This document shows, in pieces, positions 1-10,287 of a stretch of DNA of 28,838 nt. Position numbers and translations under genes: made by a program. The notes below the pieces were generated by a model. It saw only the letters and a program-made list of their open reading frames with translations, did no database searches and was not told where the DNA came from. Numbering within the stretch: position 1 is the stretch's first letter; each line of letters starts with the position of its first letter. The stretch is from the IMG/VR virus record IMGVR_UViG_3300050150_000043, positions 1-28,838 of that record; one strand, 5' to 3'. Source of the stretch: a virus (lineage: Duplodnaviria > Caudoviricetes).

Positions 1-2
1 CC

Positions 3-380
3 ACCGAAGCCGCTGCGGCTCTGGTTTGCTGGAACAAACAGCGTGCGTTGTGGCCTACCGCGCCCATCGTTGTGATCGGCCCATGGTATGTGCGGACTGG
101 CGTGTATATCGCCCCGTCTCAGGCTGTTGCCGCCGCCCTCAAAGCCCAGTTCTTGGCCTGGGGCGACAAGCGCAGTGCGTACATCGACCCGTTTGATGGC
201 TCCATCACTGCTGGCGACGGCACGGTGATTCGCGCGGCTACCGGCGCATGGATCGGCACGGCCAACGCCGCGTGGGTGATCGGCGCAGACGCTGCCCACC
301 CGTCACCGGCAGGTGCATGGTATTTGCAGGACTGCATTGCGCGCAGCGCTGATGCCGCCCTGAACTATCTGGGCGTGTGA
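3..380 (+). CDS. C-terminal part of an SGNH/GDSL hydrolase-domain protein, probably a tail fibre/spike (5' truncated by the window edge)
   Basis: Frame is open from position 3 (TEAAAALVCWNKQRALWPTAPIVVIGPW...). Contains the block-V motif DAAHPSPAG (DxxHP) and a typical 'P.APIVVIGP' strand. Confidence 0.7.
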   Translation, partial: TEAAAALVCWNKQRALWPTAPIVVIGPWYVRTGVYIAPSQAVAAALKAQFLAWGDKRSAYIDPFDGSITAGDGTVIRAATGAWIGTANAAWVIGADAAHPSPAGAWYLQDCIARSADAALNYLGV

Positions 381-481
381 TGCACCTCACCCTCATCCTG
401 GCCCTGCTGCCCACGCGCTGAGCGTGATCTAAGCAGCCCACCCCACAGCCCGCCTGGAGACAGAGCGGGCGATACAGCACC

Positions 482-544
482 ATGAAACTCATTGCTTCTA
501 TCATCCTGGCCTTGGCCTTCAGCGCTGCCCAGGCTCCGTATTAG
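482..544 (+). pseudogene. Truncated signal-peptide-like ORF (MKLIASIILALAFSAAQAPY*)
   Basis: Classic n/h/c regions with an A-Q-A cleavage site, then a stop two codons later, where GC content drops. Confidence 0.35.
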
Positions 545-567
545 TATTTTACTGTTAGGAGATTCCA

Positions 568-1857
568 ATGGCAAACGCCAAAGAAACTGTCCCAGTCTCC
601 GCAGATGGTGGGCTTGGTCAAGTCAACCAGATCTTGCAGATGCTGGGAGGCACCAAAACTACCCAGAAAACCACGGCTGATACTTCAGGGTTGACTGAAG
701 TTCTGAAGCAGGCATTGGCATCTGGCGGTGACAATCAGGCATTGCTTGATTCCATCTTTGCTCAAGCCCAGACGAAGATTCCGGGCATTATGGGTAACAC
801 CTATAATGCCACCGGTAGCCGTCAAGCTCCAGGCAAGCTGTCTCCCCAGATGGCACAACTGCAAGCACAGGTCACACTGGCAGCTCAGCAGCAGATGGCA
901 GCTCAAAAGCAGCAAGCACTGCAAACAGCAGCTCAGGCAGCTGGCGGTATTGCCAATGCTACGCGGCAGTCTGTTACTAGTGAGGGCAATGGACTGCAAA
1001 AGCAGACTCAAGCTCTTGCTGGCTTGCTGAGTCTGAACAAGCTGGCTAAGGACAACGGAATTGACGTGGTCAAAGGAGCCAAGGGACTCTGGGATGATAT
1101 GACAACTCCGGATACCAGCTCAATTCTCAATGCGCCTGGTGGTGTGTGGAGTGATGCTGGTGTCTCTTCCATTGCTGATTACTCGGCTGACGGTATCACT
1201 GGAAATTCTGCCACAGGTTGGGATGCATTGGGACAAGACGCAGTCAGCTCTTTGATGTCATCTTTGGGATCTGGCGGTGTTGTGGCTGACACCAACTCGG
1301 TGGACTGGTCAAATTTTTTGGCTGATTCCGGTTCAGCTGCGGCATCGGGATCAGTGGATATTTCAGCAGCAGTTCAGCCAGCCCAGGTGGATGGCATCAT
1401 TGGAGCGCAAGCCAACACAGGCCAGGTAAGTTCAGCTTCACCAGATACCTCAGGGATCAGTGTAGCTGGTGCAATAAAAATTCTGGACTACGCAGGTGAC
1501 CCCAAAAAGCGTGGTAACATTCTGGACCTCAGTGATGGTAACTGGATTGATGACGTCAGCGACATTACCGATGCTGGCAGCATTCTGGTTCCCCAGTTGG
1601 GATACGTGCGTAATGGGCTGAACGCAGCTGACTCCTATGTGGGGCTGGCGAGCGGCAAGGACATTCAAGACACCCCAATTGGTGCCCAATTGCTGGGACT
1701 TACTAGTGAGCTATCGTCAAATCCGCCTGAAGATCTTGAGGATATTGGTCGCACTGTTGGCGGCGGTCCCGGTGCTGGCTTTGGCGATCTTGTGCAAGAT
1801 ACTGCTCACTTCTTTGAGAATCCGGGTCAAGGCATAAAAGACTTATTCGGTTGGTAA
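568..1857 (+). CDS. Putative virion/ejection protein, 429 aa (Q/A-rich N-half, acidic G/S/D-rich C-half)
   Basis: Long ORF with an AGGAG RBS, low-complexity composition typical of podovirus internal virion proteins, located in the structural block. Confidence 0.6.
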   Translation: MANAKETVPVSADGGLGQVNQILQMLGGTKTTQKTTADTSGLTEVLKQALASGGDNQALLDSIFAQAQTKIPGIMGNTYNATGSRQAPGKLSPQMAQLQAQVTLAAQQQMAAQKQQALQTAAQAAGGIANATRQSVTSEGNGLQKQTQALAGLLSLNKLAKDNGIDVVKGAKGLWDDMTTPDTSSILNAPGGVWSDAGVSSIADYSADGITGNSATGWDALGQDAVSSLMSSLGSGGVVADTNSVDWSNFLADSGSAAASGSVDISAAVQPAQVDGIIGAQANTGQVSSASPDTSGISVAGAIKILDYAGDPKKRGNILDLSDGNWIDDVSDITDAGSILVPQLGYVRNGLNAADSYVGLASGKDIQDTPIGAQLLGLTSELSSNPPEDLEDIGRTVGGGPGAGFGDLVQDTAHFFENPGQGIKDLFGW

Positions 1858-1866
1858 GGAATTTAT

Positions 1867-2370
1867 ATGTTACCTATCATTGCAGCCCTGCTGTCTAGCG
1901 GCCTGTCTCTTACTGCAAACGCAGCACTTGCCAAGGGTGTTGAATGGGTGCAGAAGGAGACAGGCATTGATCTTTCTGGGCCTGATCCAAAGCTGACTCC
2001 CGACCAGCTGACTCAAATCAAGCAGTGGGAGCTCACCAATGAAACCGAGCTGGCCAAACTGCGAGTAGAGGATAACCGTATTGACCTGGAGGTTTTCAAG
2101 GCTGAAGTGGCGGATAAGTCATCTGCTCGTCAGCGAGAGATTGACATGGCGAAAGTCAGTCAAGCTCCCTGGTTCGTCCCAAGTGTCACAACGCTGCTGG
2201 CCTTGATTGTTGTCATCGGTGGGGGATACATGTTCTTCACCATTGAGGACAAGGACTCTCGGTATGTAATCATCGCCACGGTGACAACGGTGCTTGGTTA
2301 TTACTTCGGCACCACTCAGAACTCAGGCCGCAAAGATGCTGCTATTGAGCGCATGGCAAGCAAGGACTAA
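1867..2370 (+). CDS. Holin (GTA_holin_3TM-like)
   Basis: 'D..SARQRE' segment, two C-terminal hydrophobic helices and a 'VLGYYFGTTQNSGRKD' ending; directly upstream of the endolysin; AAGGA RBS. Confidence 0.75.
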   Translation: MLPIIAALLSSGLSLTANAALAKGVEWVQKETGIDLSGPDPKLTPDQLTQIKQWELTNETELAKLRVEDNRIDLEVFKAEVADKSSARQREIDMAKVSQAPWFVPSVTTLLALIVVIGGGYMFFTIEDKDSRYVIIATVTTVLGYYFGTTQNSGRKDAAIERMASKD

Positions 2371-2372
2371 CT

Positions 2373-2735
2373 ATGTCACTCGTTGCATACCAAGCTGAGT
2401 TCACTCTGGACGCCTGCCGACTGATTGTGAAAGCTACTGAACTTGGCTTTGTTGTCACGTTCGGTGAATGCCATCGCCCTCAGGAAATGCAAGACATCTA
2501 TGTCAGGACTGGCCGAAGCAAGACTCGCACAAGCCAGCACGGCAAACGGTTAGCCATCGACTTGAACTTGTTCAGGGACGGTAAACTGTGCACACGTGAG
2601 CAAGTGAAACCGCTAGGTGACTGGTGGGAAGCTCAACATCCCAAGAATCGGTGGGGCGGAAATTGGCGTGGTCAAGTTGACGCCCACAAGTCCAGCTTCA
2701 TCGACGTCCCTCACTTTGAGCGCATGGACGCATAA
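2373..2735 (+). CDS. Endolysin, peptidase M15 family (L-Ala-D-Glu peptidase-like)
   Basis: SQHGKRLAIDLN (SxHxxxxAxD), WGGNW and DVPHFE zinc-peptidase motifs. Confidence 0.9.
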   Translation: MSLVAYQAEFTLDACRLIVKATELGFVVTFGECHRPQEMQDIYVRTGRSKTRTSQHGKRLAIDLNLFRDGKLCTREQVKPLGDWWEAQHPKNRWGGNWRGQVDAHKSSFIDVPHFERMDA

Positions 2736-2743
2736 GGACAATT

Positions 2744-4603
2744 ATGGCTGCCAATTCCGACACCGCTGCATTTAATGACCAGATGCTGCAATTGCAGGCT
2801 GATCTCAACCGCTACATGAAGGAAGGCAACGCCGCAATGGTTGCCAACACTCAGCGCGAGATCACGCATGCACAGACTAACCGGCCCTATCAGATGAGCT
2901 GGCAAGGTGGAGCTGCAATTGCTCCTGGGTCTGTTCCTGGTCCTACAACGCCTGAAGCCGGAGGTGGCCGCGGTCGAATCAACCCACCCCGCACAGATGA
3001 TCCAGTGGATCCTGCTACTCGTTACAGCTCTACCAATCTGGTAAAGATCATCAGTGAGCAGTCACAGGTCAATGAGGACGCTACAGTTGCACAGCAGACG
3101 GCACTTGGCAAGGCTCGAGATTTCAGCTACCAAGCTGCAATTCAGTCTGCTGACCAGGCACAACAAGTTGGCAGCGTGTACCAGCAGATTCAGAAGTCTG
3201 GTGGCTTGATTGCAGAAGACCCGAACAATCTGCACGCACAACTCAGTCAGGCACTGTTTGCCAACGACACTGCGTACTCAGCTGAGCGTGAGAAGTATGA
3301 CCAACTGAAGAGCGTCAGCCTGCTGGATGATCCACTGGGCTACGTCATGGCGCAGTTGCAGTTGCCTTCTCAGGGGGCAAAAGTGAACGCACTGGCAGGT
3401 AAGGATGAGCAGTTGCAATCTATCTTCCAGCGCACCATCCAAATGGATGCAGACGCCAAGCGAGAGATGACTGCCAATACGGTGGCATCCGCACGGAACA
3501 TTGCGCTCAGCCAAGCAGAAGCTGACAAATCCAAGGCTGATGCTCAAATTGCAGCTCTTACTGGTCAAGCAGCCGTCAACAAGATGCAAGTGTCGGCAAC
3601 AGCAGCGGCAGCAATTGATCGAGCCACGGATGACCCACTGAAGACTGCACGCCAGCGTGAGCAGCTGGCTGCACTGGAAGACGCCCGCACGCAGCGCGAG
3701 TTGCAGGCAGCGCAGTCTATGCGCAGTGCCAACCTGCTAGGGCTGGCTGCGCCCATGGCAGAGAAGGATATCAATAATCTGCCACCTGCATTGAAGCAGG
3801 ACTGGGAAAAGCTGAATCAGACTGGCGTTGCTTCTCCTGAGCTGATGGTGGAGCTGGGCAAGGGACTGATCGGTACTCCCCGTGAAGCTGAATACAATGC
3901 AGCTCTGCTGGTTACTAAAGGAATTCAGGCAGAAGTTGATGCTGTCATGAAGTTGCCAGCCAACGCAGGTCGCATGAGCTTGAAAGAAGCGCAGCAGATC
4001 GGGCGTGACAGCTACTATACGGCAATGTACAACAGCCTGCGTGATCCCAAGATGGGTGTCCCTGGAATGCTGGACAAGAGCTGGGATTCCAAGGGAAACA
4101 TTTACCGTCCGAACCTTGCCAGCTTCGTGCAAGATCAGACTATGAGAGCTGGTCAAGGATTGCCAACTTCAGTTACTCCAACCAATGGACTGATGCGGTT
4201 GATGGTGCAGACGCTCAAAACGCCGGGTGCTGTTGGTGCTAACGGCAATATTACCATTGCCAATGAGAAGCAAACCATCCAGGCGTTTGCTGAGTTGCAG
4301 GCTCAAGGCAAGTTGATGGGCACTAATGGCAAGCCGATGACTGCTGCAGAAGCTGCATCTCAAATTGCTGAGTTCTACAAAGCATCCACATCGTATGCAA
4401 CTCAGCTTAACAAGCCAGCTCAACTGGGACTGACTCCGATCACAAACTACCGTGGCGAGCTGACAACTCCGTACACTGACCGGGCTGCCAAGACTGACTT
4501 GCTCAGTAAGACTGAGCTGGAGAACTGGCTGGTTACGTATGCAAAGGAGCGTAAACTTCTTCATGCACCCTTCCGGGGTACTGGGTTTGGCATCTACAAC
4601 TGA
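2744..4603 (+). CDS. Putative internal virion/ejection protein, 619 aa
   Basis: Long A/Q-rich helical ORF with an AAGGA RBS, immediately before the giant protein. Confidence 0.6.
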   Translation: MAANSDTAAFNDQMLQLQADLNRYMKEGNAAMVANTQREITHAQTNRPYQMSWQGGAAIAPGSVPGPTTPEAGGGRGRINPPRTDDPVDPATRYSSTNLVKIISEQSQVNEDATVAQQTALGKARDFSYQAAIQSADQAQQVGSVYQQIQKSGGLIAEDPNNLHAQLSQALFANDTAYSAEREKYDQLKSVSLLDDPLGYVMAQLQLPSQGAKVNALAGKDEQLQSIFQRTIQMDADAKREMTANTVASARNIALSQAEADKSKADAQIAALTGQAAVNKMQVSATAAAAIDRATDDPLKTARQREQLAALEDARTQRELQAAQSMRSANLLGLAAPMAEKDINNLPPALKQDWEKLNQTGVASPELMVELGKGLIGTPREAEYNAALLVTKGIQAEVDAVMKLPANAGRMSLKEAQQIGRDSYYTAMYNSLRDPKMGVPGMLDKSWDSKGNIYRPNLASFVQDQTMRAGQGLPTSVTPTNGLMRLMVQTLKTPGAVGANGNITIANEKQTIQAFAELQAQGKLMGTNGKPMTAAEAASQIAEFYKASTSYATQLNKPAQLGLTPITNYRGELTTPYTDRAAKTDLLSKTELENWLVTYAKERKLLHAPFRGTGFGIYN

Positions 4604-4617
4604 CTAGGTGAATACAC

Positions 4618-7600
4618 ATGGCTGACTACTACGACCAAGAATTGCCCATGCAGCAGATCGCAGCAGACACTGCGGATGCTTACACCAGTGATACGCTGGG
4701 GACCAGACTGACAGATGCAGCCACCAAAGGGCTGTTCTCTGCTGCTGTATCTGGAACTATGTCGATTGCCAACACCTTCACAGACTCTGACAACCAAAGT
4801 CAAGTGGAGGATGTGCTGAACAATCTCGGCCTGGATGCCACTGCAGACTACTATACGGAGAACAAGCAGGCAATTGACACTGTGGGATTTGTGGCAAGCT
4901 CCATGGCAACTTACGGTGCCGGAACTATGCTGCTCAAAGCTGCCCGCTACGGCAATGTGCTTGGCCCTCTCTCTCGCGGTCTGCGCATGCTTCCAGATGG
5001 CAACAAGAATGCACTGCGACTGGCAGTTGAGGAGCTGGCTGCTCCTGGGGGCAGTATGGTGTCCAAAGTTCGCAGCTCCACCTACCAGCGGCTGGCCTGG
5101 GCAATTGGGGATAACGTACTCACAGCCGCAGCTGGAGAAACTGCTACATTGGCACTGATGCACGACTCCCCATTTTTGGAAGGCTACTCAGCTTCTGACT
5201 TCATCTTCAACGCTGGCGTGTTTGGCGCTGTCGGCGGCGGGATTGAGTTCGTTATTGGCAGAGGGATTGTTCGCAAGGCTCAGTCCACCGTGGACTTGGC
5301 AGCCTTGGAATTCGCTCGCATGGGCAAAGCTGACATGCTAGGCCTAAAGAAACAAAACGAAATCACAGTACTGGCAGACGAGCTGACCAACCTGAAGACT
5401 GAGTTTGGCAGCACCCCGTTTCAATACAGCTACGCAGGCGAGAAGAACGCACTGCAATTGAACACTGCCGAACTGTTCAAGCAGACTCGTGACCGCGCAA
5501 TGCAGAACGGCCTGGAAAAGCTGTCGCTGAAAATGAATGAGCTGGCAGGCGGTAATGTCAACGTGGGTCAGGCATATCAACAGCGGATTGCTGATGTACT
5601 GGCCCGGATGGGAGATTCTCCCCAAGCCAAGGATCGCGCACGAGATGAAATCCAAGGCATGATGTTGCCTATTGGCAAGCTGACATCGGTGAACTCAGTG
5701 GAAACCTTGGCTGAGGATGGTGCTGCAATTTACCTGCGCATGGGCAACAAAGTGGAGGAGGGTAAGTTCTTCGACACCTCCCACTCAGTTGGCTCCACTT
5801 TCAAGCGTCCCTATAAGCTGGCAGACGACGTCAAGCAAGAAGACGTTGTGCTTGGCACCCACTCACAGTATCCGGACAAGACGACAGCATTCAATGATGG
5901 CGTGGATGTATGGTACTCCAAGTCTGGTGTTCCTGTGGTCAATCCCAACAGTACCCGTCTCATCAGTCAGGTGGACGGTATGACTGCCAAGACTGGAGTT
6001 GTTCACATCGAATCTGGCACTCACGACTTCAGCCCCGTGTACACAATTGCTGACGACATTGAAAACATGTCGAAGGATGTGCGCCTCACCAAGACTGGCG
6101 ACAGTATCAGCATTGCCGGCAAAGAGTATCCGCAAGCAAAGACGCTGGCAATGCCTTTGGACCAGGATACCCGGGCTGCCAGCACTCGCTACGTGTGGGC
6201 ATCTCAGCTTAGCGAGAAAGAGATTGGTAAGTTGGGCACGATCGACGCTCAAGACTTGCCACTCATGGATCGACTGGCAGAGCTGAATCCGGAGAAGTTC
6301 AGTCCTGATTTGAAGTTCACTCTGGTGGATGGTTCGGAAATCAAGTACGTGGACATTCCAGACTTCCAACGCTTCCGGCAGCAGCAAAAGCTGTCCTGGC
6401 TGCAACGATTCCATGAGGAAATCGGCAAGGGCGACACTCGGGAGCTGGCAGTTCACTTGAACACTACCCAGGCTTGGGTTGAGCGTGCATTGTCACGTTT
6501 GTTTGTGCACGGCAGTGAACTTGACTCTGGCATTCTACGCACGATTAAGGCCAGTGAGCCACGCAGCGTGGGGGTGCTGTTCAGCAACCAGGCGCAGTTC
6601 TTCCGGGGAACCAACTCCCTCGGCGAGAAGATCAAGGGAGCACTTATCAAACTAGTTGGTGACGGTGGATTGGATGCTCAAGGGCTAGCAAAGGCAATGG
6701 GCATCACACTGACCCACACAGCAGCAGATGCAAAAGCAGCCGGTGTTTCTCTGACTGCTCCCAAAGGGCGGAACGCATTCATGAGGGGTGACGTCAACTT
6801 AGCGGCTCAGGCTGCTAGGCCGATTGCTGCCCACGTTGATATCCCAATGAGCTCGGATATCAAGCAGCTCACGGGCTTGGTGGAAACTCAAATCATTGCC
6901 CACGAGCTGGGGCACGCACTGGATTACTTGCTATCTGATCACGCATTTGCAGTGGTAGCCGGCAGAATTCAAGACATGCGACTGCCTGAACTCACAGCAC
7001 TTCGCGAGGAAATGTGGGCAACCAGCAAGTCATTCCGCCCCAAGCAGTGGATGACTCAGCCTGATTATGTTAAAAAAGCAGAAGAGCTGTTTGCTGACAA
7101 CTTTGCTACCTGGATGACCAAGCCGGAGAAGCGAGTTGACATGCCGCTGTTTGCTGAGTTGTATGCAGAAAAACTGGAACCCTACGAGCAGTTCATTCGC
7201 CAGCGGGTGTGGCAGCGCACCAATGGACCGGCGTTTGCAGCTGATGCAGCTCTTGCTCACGAATATGAGTTGCGGATGCGCACTCAGCTGGCACAGAATG
7301 CGGTGCGCGCGGCGTTACCTGATTTTGCTGAGCGCCTGATCCCTGTGGATCCCAATCTGGCAAAGCAGATTGACACGCTGGGTGCTGGTGCAAGTACACT
7401 GACAGCTTCCAATGCTGGTTACGGCCAGCAGCTGAAGCAGTGGGCTCAATACACAGGCAAGCTTGTCAATGAGTGGCGTGGCAAGTTGCAGAACAACACG
7501 GCAATTGAACTGCGTAGTCTTGCTCAGACCATCAGCGACAACAAAGAAGCTGGAGCTGAGCTGGGTGTGCTGATGAATGCTGTCCGTCGAACGGATGGCA

Positions 7601-10275
7601 AGTTTTTCCGAGTGGTTACAGCGCTGGACAATTCAGGCAATCCGTTGGAAAGGCCACTAACTAAGTTCGTGTCGGAGGATGTCAAGAAGTTGCTTGATGC
7701 CGATCCAGGACTGGACGTGTACAGTGCAATTGCCAAAGCAGAATCCCAAGGCAAGTACGCTGAACTGCCCGTTAAGAGTGATGCTGTTCGCTCCTTTCTG
7801 ATCAAGCACTCAGACCTGAATGATGCACGTCAGGAAAAGCTGGGGTTGCTGTACAACTCGGTGGGGCTCGGCAACAAGCGGGCAGCCAACCAGTTGTACA
7901 TCCCGCCGATCGACACCAGTCGATACTCGCACATTGCATTCGTGCGTCAGAAGGAAGGCATCGGATCCTCTGGCGAAGTTGCCATGATTACCGCCAAAGA
8001 TGCTGACCAGCTGCGCGCATTGATGTCGCGCGTACCAGCTGGATATGAAGCGTTTGACAAAACTAATCTGGAGAACTTCTTCCGAGCCAAAGGCAGCTAC
8101 GATTACAGTCACTTCATCACTGACACGCGGGTGAGTTCGGAAATGCGCAAGCGTGGCGTACTGGGTGACTTCTTCCCAGAAACTCGTCCAGACGCGGTGG
8201 TTACTGACTTCGTGAGTTTCCACAATCGGCAAGATGAAATGCTGGTGCGTAAGTCTGTGGAAGTGCAGTACGCGGACTTGATCTCCCAGCTGAAGTATCT
8301 AAGTGACGACTTCACTCGGGCTGACAAGTCAGTGGCTCGTGGCAAACTGGCTGTATTTCAGCAGAAGATTGCCGACCCGTACGGCGATTACATCAAGACT
8401 GCCCTGGATATTTCCAAGCGTCAGGAGTTCCCGCTGCTGGATGCAGTGAATGACTTCGTGGATAACATTGGTCGCAAGGCTGGATCAGCTTATGAGCAGG
8501 CAATCCGCACTGCCAAGGCAAGCGATACCATGGTGGATTGGCAGCGTGCCAACCAGATCATGCGTGACTATGGCATGACAGCTCCGTTTGATAGTATGGA
8601 GCAATATCTGAAAGCTAACGAGGCGCTCCCACCCAACCTTATTGCCCAGTTCATTTACAAGGCAAATAGCACAATGGCTACTTTGGGTTTGCGCTTGGAC
8701 TTTGCCAACTCACTCGTCAACATCCTGTCCACACCGATCATGCTGGGAATGGAGCATGCCTCGATCAAGCGCCTGGCAAGTTCGGATCCTGAGCTGGCTG
8801 GTAAGCTGGCTGAGTTGCACAGTGTGCGTGTGCCTGGCACGCAGGATACCGTACCCAGTTTCAGCAAGCTGATGTTCAGTGCTGTCAACAACTACTTCAA
8901 GGATGACGGCACTCTGATGAACCGCTACCGGAGCGTGGCTGGCATTGGGGATATTCTGGATCACCACAAAATGATGCTGGATGATCTGGCATACAAGCAC
9001 TGGGAACCCGGTTCTCAAATGATGCAGCGTCTGGACTCAGCTGTGGAAACTGCCAGCAAGTACACAGGTAATCAGTTTGCTGAGAAGTTCACTCGCTTCG
9101 TCAGTGCTGATGTCATGCGGCAGCAAACTGAAATTCTGGTAAAAGCTGGCAAGATGAGCTTGCAAGAAGCAGACGCATACATCTCCACTTTTGTTAACCG
9201 GGTGCAAGGTAACTACGTCGCATCGCAGCGTCCTATTATTTTTCAGGGGACTGCTGGCCGTGCTGTGTCTCTGTTCCAGACCTACATGTTCAACGTGGCA
9301 CAGCAGTTGTTCCGTCATGTGGAGGACAGGAACACCAAGGCACTGATGACGTTCGGATTCTTGCAGTCCTCTATCTATGGATTGAATGGCCTCCCCTACT
9401 TCGATGCAGTGAACGCCCACTTGATTGGTAATTCAAGTGCCAATCCAGAGCACAAGGACTTGGTTTCCTCAGCTGTGTCTGGGAGTGACGACATTGGCAA
9501 GTGGTTGATGTATGGCACAGCCAGTGCATTCCCTCTATTCGATGGGCAGGGTCCTGCACTATATTCGCGTGGAGATTTGAATCCACGCACTATGGTTGGC
9601 TTGCCCACCAGTTTCACTGACATCCCGGCACTGGCTGGCAGTATCAAGCTGGTCAACTCGGTAAAGCAGTTCGCATCTGTGGTGTCCAATGGAGGTAACT
9701 TCAGTGACGGCATGTTGCTTGCTTTGGAGCACCAGGGACTGTCACGTCCATTGGCTGGCTTTGCTCAGGTCGTGTCTGGCCGGGCTACAACTTCCAAGGG
9801 GGATTTGATTGCTGCCAACAATGACTTGGCATTGACAGCCAGCCTGTCTCAGCTTCACCCTCGGAACTCATTGTTGGATGCAGCTACTCGGATTGCCGGA
9901 GCCAAGCCGCTGGACACAGCTGTGGCAATGGACACCATCTGGCGCAACAAACAATATGACTTGGAGGATCGAGAGCGCATTTCCAACCTAGGTGCAGCTG
10001 TGAAGACCAAGCTGTACAACAACAAGGTTCCCACAGATGAGGAGTACAACGATTTCCTGTCCCGCTACGTTTCCTCAGGCGGTACTCAACGCACATTCGC
10101 CCGTGAAATGCAGCGTTGGATGCAGAACGCCAACACCAGCGTGATCAACCAGATGGCAGAGAAGTCCGGGTCTCGCACGGGACAACGATTGCAGGAGTTG
10201 ATGGGAGGACAACCACTCCAGGATTACTCAGGCAGTGGGCAGTCTCCCCCAGATTTGGCACCACCAGCGGAGTAA
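4618..10275 (+). CDS. Giant putative internal virion/ejection protein, 1885 aa, with a zincin-like metallopeptidase motif
   Basis: Last and largest gene of the late block; IIAHELGHALD at 6892-6924 and a downstream EELFADNF at about 7081. Confidence 0.7.
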   Translation: MADYYDQELPMQQIAADTADAYTSDTLGTRLTDAATKGLFSAAVSGTMSIANTFTDSDNQSQVEDVLNNLGLDATADYYTENKQAIDTVGFVASSMATYGAGTMLLKAARYGNVLGPLSRGLRMLPDGNKNALRLAVEELAAPGGSMVSKVRSSTYQRLAWAIGDNVLTAAAGETATLALMHDSPFLEGYSASDFIFNAGVFGAVGGGIEFVIGRGIVRKAQSTVDLAALEFARMGKADMLGLKKQNEITVLADELTNLKTEFGSTPFQYSYAGEKNALQLNTAELFKQTRDRAMQNGLEKLSLKMNELAGGNVNVGQAYQQRIADVLARMGDSPQAKDRARDEIQGMMLPIGKLTSVNSVETLAEDGAAIYLRMGNKVEEGKFFDTSHSVGSTFKRPYKLADDVKQEDVVLGTHSQYPDKTTAFNDGVDVWYSKSGVPVVNPNSTRLISQVDGMTAKTGVVHIESGTHDFSPVYTIADDIENMSKDVRLTKTGDSISIAGKEYPQAKTLAMPLDQDTRAASTRYVWASQLSEKEIGKLGTIDAQDLPLMDRLAELNPEKFSPDLKFTLVDGSEIKYVDIPDFQRFRQQQKLSWLQRFHEEIGKGDTRELAVHLNTTQAWVERALSRLFVHGSELDSGILRTIKASEPRSVGVLFSNQAQFFRGTNSLGEKIKGALIKLVGDGGLDAQGLAKAMGITLTHTAADAKAAGVSLTAPKGRNAFMRGDVNLAAQAARPIAAHVDIPMSSDIKQLTGLVETQIIAHELGHALDYLLSDHAFAVVAGRIQDMRLPELTALREEMWATSKSFRPKQWMTQPDYVKKAEELFADNFATWMTKPEKRVDMPLFAELYAEKLEPYEQFIRQRVWQRTNGPAFAADAALAHEYELRMRTQLAQNAVRAALPDFAERLIPVDPNLAKQIDTLGAGASTLTASNAGYGQQLKQWAQYTGKLVNEWRGKLQNNTAIELRSLAQTISDNKEAGAELGVLMNAVRRTDGKFFRVVTALDNSGNPLERPLTKFVSEDVKKLLDADPGLDVYSAIAKAESQGKYAELPVKSDAVRSFLIKHSDLNDARQEKLGLLYNSVGLGNKRAANQLYIPPIDTSRYSHIAFVRQKEGIGSSGEVAMITAKDADQLRALMSRVPAGYEAFDKTNLENFFRAKGSYDYSHFITDTRVSSEMRKRGVLGDFFPETRPDAVVTDFVSFHNRQDEMLVRKSVEVQYADLISQLKYLSDDFTRADKSVARGKLAVFQQKIADPYGDYIKTALDISKRQEFPLLDAVNDFVDNIGRKAGSAYEQAIRTAKASDTMVDWQRANQIMRDYGMTAPFDSMEQYLKANEALPPNLIAQFIYKANSTMATLGLRLDFANSLVNILSTPIMLGMEHASIKRLASSDPELAGKLAELHSVRVPGTQDTVPSFSKLMFSAVNNYFKDDGTLMNRYRSVAGIGDILDHHKMMLDDLAYKHWEPGSQMMQRLDSAVETASKYTGNQFAEKFTRFVSADVMRQQTEILVKAGKMSLQEADAYISTFVNRVQGNYVASQRPIIFQGTAGRAVSLFQTYMFNVAQQLFRHVEDRNTKALMTFGFLQSSIYGLNGLPYFDAVNAHLIGNSSANPEHKDLVSSAVSGSDDIGKWLMYGTASAFPLFDGQGPALYSRGDLNPRTMVGLPTSFTDIPALAGSIKLVNSVKQFASVVSNGGNFSDGMLLALEHQGLSRPLAGFAQVVSGRATTSKGDLIAANNDLALTASLSQLHPRNSLLDAATRIAGAKPLDTAVAMDTIWRNKQYDLEDRERISNLGAAVKTKLYNNKVPTDEEYNDFLSRYVSSGGTQRTFAREMQRWMQNANTSVINQMAEKSGSRTGQRLQELMGGQPLQDYSGSGQSPPDLAPPAE

Positions 10276-10287
10276 AAAGTACAGACG

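Noticed and set aside
380-421. 13-aa ORF MHLTLILALLPTR overlapping the SGNH stop
   Set aside because: Too short and unsupported to call.
4618-10275. Giant protein as a virion RNA polymerase
   Set aside because: No T7/N4-type or DxDGD-type polymerase motifs seen; cannot be fully excluded without a structure search.
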